Source of the DNA: Ginglymostoma cirratum
Taxonomy: Eukaryota
DNA: 64,000 bases
Direction: 5' to 3'
Assembly (NCBI GenBank): GCA_024137785.1
Contig: JAHRHZ010000013.1
Location: 12,666,707-12,730,706 of the forward strand
Shown here: in pieces, positions 14,401 through 27,750 of the stretch
Layout: the number at the start of each line of letters is the position of its first letter
Position numbering within the stretch: the first letter of the stretch is position 1
Program-made: the position numbers and the translations under genes
Notes under the pieces: model-generated
What the model saw: only the letters and a program-made list of their open reading frames with translations
Told to the model about the DNA's origin: nothing
Databases searched by the model: none

Positions 14401-15600
14401 CTAGGAATTAGTCAGCAGCTAAACGTTAGAGTCAAGACTAAGAAGAAATGCTGTGGAGCTGACAGTGTAGGAAATCAGCGGTTTTGTGTTGAGGGAAACC
14501 ATAAGGCTCTTGGAAAAAGCCTGTGGGCATTAAAACTTTGGTGAAGCTCAAGGAGCTTGGACTGAAAAGCTCAAAAGCAATTGTTGCAACTGTGCAAGAT
14601 TAGAATTCAGGGGAAAATATAGAGACACAGGACTGGTAGCAGGCATCACAGATGAGGTGGTTCTCTCCTCACTCAACATTTAGCAGTGATCACAGGATAA
14701 CAGTCAGAAAGGGAAATTGTTCAATATATTCTTTTGCCAGTCCTTGACACTGAGGCTAATTGAAACGCCAGGCATTGGATTGTCAATTCTGTTTCTGAAA
14801 TGCAACTACCTTTCTGTTCCAGATCCTGACACTCCATCTCATTCATATCATGACACAATGCAATTCTCAGGTGTAAATAGCCTGATTTCTTTGGGTTGGG
14901 TTCAGTGCCTGTTTGGCAATGCTGAAAACAATCTGAAGGAAGGGCACAGCCATGAATGCCCTTTGAAAAGGTATGCAACAATCAAGACTGAGCCTGTCAC
15001 TCAATGTGGAAATTGCTGCCCAGGGAGAAGTATGAACTCAAGATATTATGGCCCCCAGACTTTCTGATGCCAGACTGGAGACAGAGGAGCTGAGCAGTTG
15101 TGTCACAACCTTGACAACATGGTGGGTGCTTCAATGATGGCATATGGTTTGAGAAGAAGAGTGGCAGCTATATAAGAAGTCACTAAATTTGGACACAACA
15201 ATGGCAATATAGTGCTCCCTGCATGCCCAGTCACGTCACTGAAATGTCAGCCTCCCGTTAATAGGGCAGAATAGGGTTGAGAATGAGAAGATGGTATCAC
15301 TGAGCAATGCAACAACTGAAGCCACAGTGAGATTTGAGGGAGGGCGGGCTTACCTTATACCATCTCTAGCAATGCACATTCTGGTTCACTGTTTACTAAC
15401 ATCTCCAGGGTTTGTTGGGCTGGTGCAACTGCTGAGATCCACTCCCCCGAACCCACACCCACACCCATCCTGAGTTCTCATCAACAACTTCCCCTTGTCT
15501 CTCTCACAGGGCTCGCAACCTGGATCATGCAAAGGGAGCAGAATGAATGTTTCCTTTCCGTCCAGTGAGGGCTCCAGTGTCAGTTAGAAGTGTCACATCT

Positions 15601-15880
15601 TAGAATCATAGAATCCCTACAGTGTGGAAAAAGGCCATTCTGCACACCGAGTCCACACCAACCCTCTTTTGAGAATCCCATCCAGCCCCACACTCTATCC
15701 CTGTAATCCCATATATTATAACGGCTAGTCCACCTTCTGGACACAACGGACAATTTAACATGGGCAATCCACCTAACTTGCGAATCTTTTGACTGTGGGT
15801 GGAAATCAGAGCACAATGAGGAAACCCATGCTGACATGGGAAGAACGTGCAAACCCCACACAGGCAGTCGCTCGAAACTG
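15601..15880 (-). mobile_element. 5'-truncated V-SINE (HE1-like shark SINE)
   Basis: Minus strand GTGTGGGGTTTGCACGTTCTTCCC...GGGTTTCCTC...CCCACAGTCAAAAGA matches the V domain. CR1-type tail GATTCTATGATTCTA. Confidence 0.75.
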
Positions 15881-18769
15881 GAAAGCATCTGCTACCCTTG
15901 TCTTTCCAGATGGTAGGACTCATGGGTATGGAAGGTGCAGCTGAAGAAGCAGTGCTGTAGTGCATCATGTAGATGTGTGTCAGTGCTAGAGGGAGTGGAT
16001 GCTTAAGGTGGCGGATGGCGTGCCTATGACACAGGTTGCTTTCCCCTGGATGGTGTGGAGATTCTTCAATTTTTATGGAACTAAACCCATCCAGACAAGT
16101 TGGGATTATTCCATCACACACCTGGCTTGTACTTAGCAGATTGCGGGCAGTCTTTGAAAAGTCAATAGACGGGTTACTCACCATTTAAATAAACTTGTTC
16201 TGTAAAAGTATCTGGCACCAAAAGCATTTGATAAAAAAATAAACTGGCTTGGAATGTGCTCCCTTTTGTTGATGTTCCCCTGGATAAAAAAAAAGCAGCT
16301 ACTTGATTTAAATAGATTCTAATCTGTGAGGAATATTTTATACTTTTAATTTCCATACTTTTTATTTGTCCAACAAGGATTACTCTGTCCCTATAATTTG
16401 AAGTAGTAAATACAAAAGAACAAAATTCTCAAAAAGCTGGACTATGGGAAGAACAATTGTCTCAAGGATTTTTTTTGTTTTTTTGTATTCTTGATAAGTG
16501 TATAATGTCCAGCTGCAGTATTCAAAAAGTGGGAAATAAACTGGAAAAAAATCCTCCAAGGGCTTAAATGGGTCTTTGAGAAATTCGGTCATCCATGGTG
16601 CATTATCTATAGCGAAATAATGAATTTGTTTAGGAAGAACATAATTACAACTTTAGTACAAAGAAATCCTCCCCAGTCTGACTTTCAAACTGACTGAAGC
16701 AGAAATCAATCAAATATGCTGTTATGTTATCATAAAATACATTGCCCAGGTCCGAAACTCAAGAATTGCCAAGTAACTAAGAAGAAAATTATGAAAAGGA
16801 TAAAAATCTCTGAATCCTCATAAGACATATGATTGTGCATCACTGCTTGCTCCAGCTGGAATCTCATGGCATAAATTAAGCATCAATAATTTGTAAGTCA
16901 CAGCAGACTACTTACTGAGTCCCAGTACTGGAGAATTAATCAATTTCAACCTATGTAAAGCTTAGCTGGCTGACAGCAACGTCAAGAATATTAGTGGAAA
17001 GAAATCAATGAGTACTGGCCAGACTATGCTTTAAGAAAATCTAGCGAGTACAACAACACAATCATACTGAGTACAATGTAATCAATTCTACACCTACACT
17101 AACCCTTTTTTTATTTATGCAAGTCTCTGAAAAAGTTTCAGCACATTCTTGAAGTTCTCTATTCCTTACAAAAAATGCAAGTGTGTATTAGTAGTGAAAG
17201 ATTATTTAGTAAACTGGATGGAGCATATTCCATTGGGGAATACAAATACAGTCAGGTGCCAGTGTCCTACTGCATGAATTATTTTGTACATTTGGAAAGT
17301 GGTCTGAGTTGCATGAATTATCAAGTACAGTACTTGAGGCACTAATGCAGTGTCCTTGTGATGAATGTAACCAAAGATGTTCCAGTACATCCAGAGAGAT
17401 GACACATTTTGCAAAATGTGGATAACATGCTTTCAAGGTTTGTAGTCGGAAATCAAAGGAACCGAAACTGCCAATTGCCTCTATCAGTCAGAGCCTACAA
17501 AAATTTACCGAAGTAGCCATTAATTAATATTTTTCTCAGTTGGAATCTGTTTATGTCAGCAAAATTTTCAACATAGAGATAAAATTTCCCTTTTTGCTTA
17601 TTTTTACTTAATGTTTCCTATCATCATGGCCGGTGATAACCGAGAGCTGACCATGAGATTCCATGAGGATGAAGACAAAGCATTTTTTAAGTTAATTTTT
17701 GTGCAGTTGCTTGGGGGCTTTTCTAGAAATTGTAAATGCTCAGTATGTCGGCACTACTAGCATGGCTGGCATTTAATGTCCATCCCTAGTTACACTAGAG
17801 GCCAATTAAAGGCCAACTACATTGATGTGGATTGGGTAAAGTTAATAGGTTTTATTCCCTAAAAGTCAGATGGATCAGTCTTATATTTCAAACAATCGAA
17901 TAGGGTACTGACTGCTTTATAAAAACTGAATTCAAACTCATGTCTCTGGAACATTTGTTCAAACCTCAAGGTTATTAATCCAGAAATGTAACCACTTCAC
18001 TCCATAACCAGAATGAAATTACATACATTTATGGGAGTGTGGCTTTTCTTTTTGGCCTGCCAGTGGTGAGGAGCATGTCAAATCCTGTGATGTTCTGTAA
18101 TTTAGGGTGTTCGCGTTGAGTACAGAGATTGTGTGTTCAAGCCCGTGACAAACCGTTGTGTCAGCATTGTACTGAGCAAGTGTTATATCCTTCAAAATGC
18201 CTTCTTTGAGATAAGATACTTTATCAAATGATACGGCCAAAATTTATTCCTCAACAATACTCGTAAATCATATTAACTTATAATTGTTCTACACAGAACC
18301 AAACTGTACAATATTGGCTGTACTGGTGGCCACAGTTCAAAATTAATTAATTAAACATGAAGCTGGGATATTGTGTAGATATGAAAGACCTTTTCATTTA
18401 TGGTGTCCATCCTGAAGATATCCTTATTTCCATCTGAATTTTGTTTATTATGTCCAAGACTTTTGGAAGCCAATAATGGTATAAAATTGCTGTTGTCATT
18501 ACCACAGCTTATTCATTACGCTATCTAACAAAGTGCAGTTGTGCAAATAGGTGGCTTTTGTTGTGACAATCTACCTTAATGTGTCTCGTCAAAGTGATTG
18601 CTCTTCATGAGTTTGAATTATCACAAATCTTTCAGCCATTTTATCAGTATTAAATATATAAAACCTCTGTTTTAAAAAATTGTAATGTCCAGCTAATAGC
18701 TGGAAGCAAGTATTAGATTTTCTTCTTTCCTAAGATCCTGCTGTTGTTTATCAATAACTTTTTAAATTA

Positions 18770-19865
18770 ACTCACTGGATATAGGCATAGCTAGCTGGGC
18801 ACCCATTTATTGCCTATCGCCAATTGCCTTGAGAAAGTGGTGGCGAGCTTCCTCCTTGTACTACTGCAGACCATGTAAGCCCATAATGCCATTAATAACA
18901 GAGTGCCAGGATTTTGACCAGCAACAGTGAAGGAACTGCAATTTATTTCCAAGTCAAGATTTTGAGTGACTTGGAGGGGAAATGTTGGTAGTGTTCCTAT
19001 GTATCTGATAACCTTAGCCTTCTAGATTGTGGTGGTTGTGGGTTTGGAAGCTGCTGTCTTAGGACTCTTGGTAATTTCTGCAGTGTGCCTTGGATGATAA
19101 ATACTGCTGCTACTGAGTGTCAGTGATTTAGGGACTGCATGTTTGTGGTTGTGGTGCTTTGTGGGTGTTGTTGGAGTTGCACTCACTCAAGCAAGTGTGG
19201 AGTATTCCATCACACTTCTTACTTATGTCTTATAGAGGGTGGGCAGGTTTTAGTGAGTCAGGGGGTGAGTTCTCAATGCAAGATTTCTAGCCTCCGATTT
19301 GCCCTGGTACCTGCAGTAAATATATGGCTAGTCCAGTTCAGTTTCTGGTCAATGGATGTTGAACATGGAGGATACAGTGATGGTGATACCATTAAATGTC
19401 AAGACACAATGGTCAGATTCTCTCTTATTGTAAATGGTCATTGCCTGACATTTGTGCGACACAAATGTTACACGCCACTTGTCTGTTTAAGCCTTGATGT
19501 TGTTCAAGTCTTTTTGCATTTGAGCATGGACTGCTTCATTATCTGAGGAATCACAAATGATTCTGAACATTGTCCAGACATCAGTGAACATCCCCACTTT
19601 TGATCTTATGATGGAAGTCATTGACTAAACAGCAAAAGATGGTTGGTACAAGGACACAATACTGATGATTTCCTGCTAGATGTACTGCAGCTGAGAAGAC
19701 AGAACTCCTACCACCACAACAATCTTCCTATGTGCCAAGAATGACTCCAACCAGCAAAGAGATTTGCCCCTAATTCCCATTGACTCCAGTTTTACTGGAG
19801 CTCCTTGATGCCATACTTGTTCAAATGTGGCCTTGATGTCAATGGCAGCCATTCTCATCTCACCT
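18770..19865 (-). mobile_element. Decayed CR1-clade LINE 3' fragment
   Basis: ORF 19676-19858 reads AIDIKATFEQVWHQGAPVKLESMGIRGKSLCWLESFLAHRKIVVVVG, matching the RT motif LDxxxAFDxVxH. Confidence 0.75.
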
Positions 19866-22088
19866 CACAAATGTCATAAATATGTTTTTTTTTGTCAATA
19901 ATCAGCATAATACTATTGGTAGAAAAGCATAGCAATCAGCTTTTGGTATTTTTTTATATAGTTGAATGATTGGCTAGTCAATTTGGTTCCTTTACTTTTG
20001 CTTCTCGTTTGAACAAAGTTAATATTTTATTCATCCCCAAGAGTTTTGATTTAAACTGCATCTTTTACAGGCAAATTTGTCAGTTGCTCTTGAGAGAATC
20101 CTGATTACTCTACAGCTTTCCATTGCTCTTGTGCACAGATTTCAAATAATTCACAATTCATGAGTCTGCTCCACATTTCTGTCTTCAAGGCTATGTATCT
20201 TCAGTTATATCTATGGAAAAACAAAAGCTTAGTCTCTCCAGGGGAATCTCTCTCCTACTTTTTCTTTTGTGCTGAACACAAAGGTACGTTCTCAAATATT
20301 GTAGACTCAATATCTTTTCTTTACTGTAGTGAATGCACTTATTCCCTTCTGAGTCACAGTTTAGTTTGATGGTTACCAACCATCACTTCAAATAGCATTA
20401 CCCCTTGTCCCTCCCTTGTCAAGTTATCTGCTCATTGAAGAAAATTGTAATCAATGAAAGCCTGTTTTCTCAATTATAGTTCAATTACTTTTTAAAAGAA
20501 AATTCTGTTTAGTGTTGGGGTTTGTGGACATTTAGTTATCTTGTATTATTCTTTAGATTGTGGTGTTCTCTGGTCTTTGTAAATGTTGGCTCTGAACATT
20601 ACTAAATATCAGTGATGGTTCAGTTATAAGTACCTGCCAGTTACTAAAATATTGAGTGAACTGCTGCTCACCAAGTACTGACTCATTTGTTTTTGCAGTC
20701 TAGTTGGACTAATTTCTTCAGACTGTGAACTCACATATTTAAGAAACCAGCACAGCAGTATCATTTTTAACATTTTTTTTCTGCCTCCTAAATCTTAGGA
20801 AAAGATTAAAAAAGTTTGTTCCTATTCATAAAATATAGAGAGTCAGCCCCTGGATTCTTAGGATGTTTTAAAACATTAAAATCCTTGTTTTTCATCAGCA
20901 TCATATTGGTTAACCAACGCCTTACATTTCCTCTGTATTTATTATAAGGTAAGTAGCTGATTGTATTAGCAACATTTTGTCATATTTCTGAGAAATCGGT
21001 AAATAATTATCTTAGTAGGCAGTCTTGCCTCAAATGAAATTAGCATTGAAATTGTTTCTTTTATATTACGTCCACAAACTGGATGCTTCCTCTAAAAATG
21101 TATTTCTCGTGAGGATTTTATGCCGAGTTATATTGGTTTACTTGTTTAATTATTTTTATTTAGTTATTGTCATAAATTGAAAGCAGCGTGTTAATATGAA
21201 GCTGCATGTTTGAACAATTGCTGCTATGAGGATGGTCCAACTTTGTGGTCCAGCTATTAATTTATGCCACAATCAACTGGGTAACGTAATAATTTATTTC
21301 AATTGTTTTTGATGCTGCCAAACATACAGTTTTCACTATGTCACATTTTGGAAAATGTAATTGGAAATTCAGTTAGCAATTAATATTGCGCTCAATCATT
21401 TTTGAACTGATTAAGATCCAGGTTATTAGTGCTGGGGGCATTCAATGTTGGCAGTAAACAATCCAAAGTCAGGTAAACACAATCCTGTATAAAGTAAGCA
21501 CAGCTCAACAAAATGGGTAGAGTTGTTTGATTTTTTTTATGCATTGAAACATCATAAATATGAGGCTGGGTATTGCTCAAAAATAATGAAGTATTAATGA
21601 CACCCACAAGAATGTACAAATTTACCAGAAATTTAATGGATCAAGAGATAAATTCTGTTCAGGTCTTTCTATTCAATATGTGCTTCTCTTCTGATTGTTT
21701 CATATTAATATTTTGCCCTTAACCTTTATATTACTTTCAAGAACCTGCTAGATTTGCATATTAATTACCTGTTAAACCTAGCATAGACACTTAACTCTGG
21801 TTTTTAGTGTCATAGTTTTTAATACCATGATAAACATTCATGCAATAAGATCAACTTATCTATTTCAAAAATTATCATTCCTTCAATTGGAAACGGCTTT
21901 TATACATTTAACTTTTTTCAAATTTTCATTACTTTTGCTCAACCTCTCTTTTTTCTCTATGTGCCTCCTAATTGATAGTTCCCTTGCCCTCTTTTTCTTT
22001 TTGTAAATCATTTGACTTTAATTCACCTTCCTGTTCTGTCCTAATCTATTTCCTTCCCAATTCTCAAATCCAATTTATTCAGGAGCCA

Positions 22089-22282
22089 AGGTAGACAGAC
22101 GGGAGGCTGGAAGAACACAGCAAGTCAGGCAGCATCAAAACGAAAAGAGAAGTCAATTTTTCAGGCATTACCGTTATACGAAATATTCACTTCTCCTTTC
22201 CTCCAGATGCTGCCCGGCTTGCTGTGTTCTTCCAGTCTCCTGTTTTTCTACCTTGGATGCTGGCATCTGCGTTTTTTTTTTC
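22089..22282 (+). mobile_element. Penelope-like fold-back mini-insertion
   Basis: 12-bp TSD ATTCAGGAGCCA (22077-22088 / 22283-22294). ~50-bp inverted arms (22086-22136 vs 22206-22256). GCATCTGC tail. Confidence 0.8.
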
Positions 22283-22529
22283 ATTCAGGAGCCACACCGG
22301 TCCCAGCATTAACTAAAGTCCCACGTACCCTGTTTTAGCTCCAGCATGAAAATAGAATGTAAGTAAAATGAATATGAAATGTGTTGATCATTGAATCAAA
22401 AGGCATTAAAGCAAGGTGAACACTACAGACACTTTATTTATCCTTTAAAATGATTTTTTATTAATATTTGGCATAAAAGGAAAAGAAAGATTTACATTTA
22501 TACTTGCTTTTCACAACCCCTCCTCCCTT

Positions 22530-23005
22530 TTCAGCATTCCAAAAGGTCTGTTCCCTCTACGACACCATAGTCCACATTACCATTGCTCACAGTACTAATT
22601 TCCATTTCCTTAACCCTTTGCTATGCAAATGCAACATTTATCTTTTTACTTTTAGACTTCCCAGCATCCAACAGCCAAAGCACTTCCTCCAAAAAAAAAT
22701 AGGAGGAATTTACTTGCACTTCTTTCAATTTAGTATACTGTATTCACTGCTCACGCTGTGGTCTGCCTTACACTGGGGGAGCAAACACACATTGAGTGTT
22801 CACATTGATGAACAACTCTGTTCAATCAGAAAGCATAATGCTGAGCTTGCCATTCTAATTCGCTGTCCCATTCCCACTTTGACCTTTGTCCTCAGCTTCC
22901 TACAGTGTTCCATTGAAAGCTAACAGAAACTGAAAGAACACTACCTCGTGTTTTTGTTAGATTCTTTACAATCTTCTGGCTCAACATCAAGTTCAACAGT
23001 TTGTA
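22530..23005 (+). mobile_element. Decayed Penelope-like element ORF 3' end (GIY-YIG endonuclease)
   Basis: From 22709 translates as FTCTSFNLVYCIHCSRCGLPYTG (PLE VY...Y[I/T]G motif with cysteines). Near 22930 translates as LKEHYLVFLLDSLQSSG, the typical PLE C-terminus. Frameshifted. Confidence 0.75.
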
Positions 23006-23411
23006 AAAAAGAACCTTGGCACTGCGGATGCTGAAAATCAGAGACAGAAACAGAAATCACTGGGAAATTGTTGTTTCTGATCTTAACTTCTGCCCCCATT
23101 TTATTGACATCAACTGTGTGTAATAATTTTGTTATTCCTTTAGTCCATGCTGTTTTCTATCCTATTTTGTTCCTACTTTTCTAATCAACCTGTTCAGAGA
23201 TGTTATTACACACCCCTGGAGCAGGTGGGACTTGAAGCGTCCTTTTGTAGAATGTGTCCTTAGTTCTTTCCTGATCTCTCATTTCCCTTCATCTGTGTTT
23301 ACTTAAAAGCTGTTACATCTATAACGCTGAGACCTTATGCTATCTCCTCTCTGACATCTCTCAACAGAATCTGTATGTTCTATCATAACCAAACAAACTT
23401 ATCCACTTTGA

Positions 23412-23608
23412 ACAAAAACAAAGTTGCTTGAGAAGTTCAGCAGGTCTGGCAGCATCTGTGAAGAAAAAAATCAGAGTTAACCTTTCAGGTCCGGTGACCC
23501 TTCCTCAGAACTCAGATTTTTTCTTCACAGATGCTGCCAGACCTGCTGAGCTTTTCCAGCAACTTTGTTTTTGTTCCTGATTTACAGCATCTGCAGTTCT
23601 TTTGGTTT
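23412..23608 (+). mobile_element. Penelope-like fold-back mini-insertion with hammerhead motif
   Basis: TSD TTATCCACTTTGA (23399-23411 / 23609-23621). ~62-bp inverted arms and a ~32-nt extra tail on the sense arm. Confidence 0.85.
23474..23513 (-). ncRNA. Minimal type I hammerhead ribozyme motif (degenerate stem III)
   Basis: Minus strand: GAGUU CUGAGGA A GGGUC-ACCG-GACCU GAAA GGUU AACUC. Stem I is GAGUU/AACUC and stem II is 5 bp. Confidence 0.6.
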
Positions 23609-26600
23609 TTATCCACTTTGATTTTGCCCAATTATTCAGAACCAATTTCTGTTGCAGTAGTGTTTAGCTTGCTTCTTTTTCTCAAAGTAAGAATTACTCC
23701 AGCAGATTCTTCTTTTAGTTTCATTCCAATAATGAGTATTGTTGATATAATAAGGTAACTGGTTTGGAAATGTTGTTGAGCCCAGGAACACAAGGAGGTT
23801 CAATTAACACACAAAGGCGAATGTGAAGCAACCTGAGTTAGCGATAACAGATGACCATTCAAATGCACTCTAAAGTCAGGATCAGTAGCCCTTTAGAATC
23901 ACTTCACCATTGTGTGACCAGCATTCATTATTTAAAAAGAATAAATTTTCAAACCGACTGTTAAAAAAAAATTGGTAGCCCTGTCACCTATAAATCAAAA
24001 GGCTGAGGGTTCCAGCCCAACTCTACAACACAAGCACATTGTCTTAGATGATACGGTAGCACAAAAATAAAGGACAGTCACATAGATGGAAGTATCATCC
24101 ATCAGCATGGATTTTAACCCAAGATCCTGTCTACTTGTCCTATTTCTACAGAAATTAAATGCCCTGTGGAGTCATTTAAGATGGAGGGAGCTCTCAAGCC
24201 CTCAAACAACACTATACGCAGATTAATTTCTTATTTATCTCATTGGCACTCTCGGGGATCCTGCTTTGTGTAAAATGGCTAACTACCCTGTTTGCCAGTA
24301 TAACATGATTTTCAGAAAATTTTTTTAATATTGAACTGTTTTGTAACGTTCGTGAGAGATATTTTTAGATGCAAACAAAAGTAAAAACTGTATTTCTGTT
24401 CAATATTTAATAGACCAGAAAACAATACCTTTCATGCAGCAAAGTGGACATCTCCATGCAGCATTCTAAGGTATTTGGGGGCATTGATCAGTCAGCTCCT
24501 TGCTTAGTCTGTTCCTTTATTGTCACCAAACCACAAAAGGCAACATGACTGATTCGAGTATAGCGAAGGAGTGCAATGAGTAAAGGTTAGAAAGCAGGAA
24601 GCAGTCCATGAAACAGTTAAGAAGACCCTGATCATAGAATGCAAAATATTGAATAGGTACAAATAAAAATACTCCTGGATATTCTTTCGAAGCAAGACCA
24701 GAAATTAACACCAAAAGGACTTAATTTCAATTGGTAAAAAGTAACTTAAAACATATTAGGATGAGTTTTATCTAATTATTGCTGATAGTGATAAAGAGAC
24801 CAAGAATAAATAAGATACTCAAACTCAGCTGGATTCTGTAATGGGACGGTAATGGCAAAACAGGCCTTTAACTTCCACAGCTTCTTACATTCTTCTGTGT
24901 AAATCATGATAGTGAGTGTTGTCACACTTTTCAGTGGTGGGAAATATTGCAATTCAGCATAATCTGTCCCCAACTAATGTTCCCATGCATGTTTTTCTTT
25001 GGAGAGCACAGAGTAACAATAAGCAGTGTAAAGGGCAGTCAATTTTCCTTTTTACTGGCAATGCTGCTGAGGCCAATTGAATGCTCCTAGTACGTTCTCA
25101 TCTTAGATCAGCTTATTCAGCACAGTGCAAGATCTACACTTAAAGCACATTCCTATTCTGGTGCATCAGATTCTTGCTGAATAACTTACAAGGTCACCTG
25201 AAGGGCAGTCCAGCCCTGAGAGCTTTGCTGACTGCAGCACAACGTGGTTCTGTCCTTCTGTAACCTGACAGCCAAAGGTACCCCGTAAGAAATGCATCGA
25301 GACCCTTCGAATTCACAGTACAATGACTACATGGGAAATGCCCAGTAGATTTAACCTTCCATGTGGCAGTTAGCCTGTGCTGAAACACTCTGGAAAATGT
25401 CTCCAGCTCTGAGTTGGAGTCAGACACCTCCAAGGATTCTGATCTACTAACTTGAAGAGGTAAAATCAATGCTAACTCCTGGGTAATTATGCAACTGGCA
25501 CCATCACCCACCCCATAAAGTAGACTATCCCTCCCAACTTGACTGGATCCGACCTCAGCACCCTACCCACACAGACACGCTGGCACCTCTCCAACCATTG
25601 GTAACCTACCTGTCTACCCAACTACTACTGTAACAGGTGCCACTGTGCCATCCTATGTAGCTGTCATGTCATCACCCTAACTAACTGACAATCTATGCAG
25701 CTGGCACCAAATTACAGTGGCCACCATGCCAGTCTGTCACCCTTCCAGCCATCTACCCTATCTTACTGGTGCTATATCCAGCTGTCATGCTATCACCCTA
25801 TACAGCTGACACCCTAACCAACCAGCACCTACTCCATTACCCATTTATCTCGCCCACCCCACCCACTAACAACTACACCTTCACCTACTCATTCATATAT
25901 TCATACAAATCCAATAAGAGCTTATGGGACATTGAAAGTTCATTTACTGCAACACATCAGCATGGCCTGTAAAATGCAGGTATGACCTGTCTCTCCTGGA
26001 GTTACCCAGTTTTTTTGCAGTTTTGGGAAAGAACCAACTTTGGAAGTCTGGCCTTATAAGACCAGCAGGTAAATGTGCAGTTAATTTCCTATGAATAGCA
26101 TCAATTGGAACAGTCCTGATAGTAATTGAAATGTTTAAGTCATTGTTTGAATTTCAATGTTTTTGCATTTATTTAGGGTAAAAATCATGGAGGATTATTC
26201 TAGTGAAGAAGGGAAGCCAGGAAGCTAATATAACATGCCTGTTTAACATGCCAAATATTTTCAAATCTAGGGTGGAATTTTCTCCTGCCTGTTGTGACAT
26301 GAGGAATAGTGAGAAAGGTGGGAGAGAACGATGGGAATTTATAAATCTGATTCTCATGGCTGAAAACAAATTCCTGATTTTCTCTTCAAGGTTTGAATTG
26401 TGAATTCAGAACCTTGAGCAGTGACTGCCTTATTTCTATACATTTCACTGAGAAGTAGATGCCTCAAATACCCAAGTTGTAGATCAGAGCAGGTAGCTGG
26501 GGCCTGCAACTCTCCAATGTTTTCCCCAGCCATCATCCAATTGCTTCTGCAGAATAATCTCCTTGTATGGTCTATAACCGTCATCCTTCTTGACATTTTG

Positions 26601-27750
26601 TCCGCCCAGCTTAGCACCAGTAAATCACCAGCCTCACTTCCTCAGCATCACAGCCCTTGGACCAACTCAGGCAACACTTCAACTCTTTGACCCTTTACTT
26701 TTGAGCTCAGGCACACCTCCAACGTAAATGCTTCTGCCACATGGTTTGCATGCAGGGACACACATGCATCTACAAAGGATGCATCTTATGGCTTTTAGCT
26801 TTGTTTCTCAGTGCTCACTCACTTTGCACTTATTTGGAGTTTGCTACTCTCTGTCCACGTCATATTGCTTTCTTAATGTGCACTCACTGACTTGCAGGTT
26901 GCCAGCTAGTGGCTAAGAAAGATTTCTTAGTGCACAGGGTCTCCAGTGCCTAGTCATAGGCTGCAATGCAAGCACTTTGTTTGAAGCAAATGGCAATCTG
27001 CGAAATTCAAAGAACCACATGGAATGATACAATACAGAAGAGGCACTTTGTCATCAAGTCTGTACTGACAAAAACTACTCTAAATCCACCCAAGTCCCAC
27101 TTCCCAACACTTGGCCTATGGCCTTGAATGTTCTGACATTTCTAGTGCTCATCCAAGTATTTTTTTAAAGGTTGTGAGGACTTACACCCCAACTACCCTC
27201 CCAGGCAGTGCATTCCAAAACCCATCAGCCACTGGGTGAAAAAGGTTTTCCTCAAATCCCCTAAAAGTCTTTTAGCTCTCACTTTAAAATTATACCCTCT
27301 TGTTAATGACCCTTCAACTAAGAGGAACACCTGCTATCTATCCAGTCCATGCCCAACATTATCCTATACATCTCAATCAGACCCTTCCTCAGCCTTCTCT
27401 AGTCCAAAGAAAACAACCCAAGCTTATCCAGCTACCAGCCCCTCTTAATGGGATTATAGTGGACTACACTAAATCAAGATGGTACTGTCCACAGTCAGTT
27501 AAAAGATTAAACTTATTCCAGTCCAAGGGACTGGTCATTGTCAGTCACAAACTTTATCCGACCAGACTCCAGACATTGGGCCATGGTGAATCTTGCATGT
27601 AGTGATTGTAACAAGGTAAGGCAGGTGGACCTCAGAGAATATGAGTTCCATGATTGGGACTGTTTACTCTGGTCCAATCAGGGAGCCCTGGCTGACAGAT
27701 ATAAACAGGAGTGTCAGAGAGGTTCTGTTCATACTGAGAGCTGGCTCTGA

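Noticed and set aside
22086-23576. Fold-back elements as pre-miRNAs or DNA-transposon MITEs
   Set aside because: The arms are asymmetric (extra tail), TSD length varies (12-15 bp), and the sequence matches PLE pLTRs. This fits retrotransposition rather than cut-and-paste or a miRNA gene.
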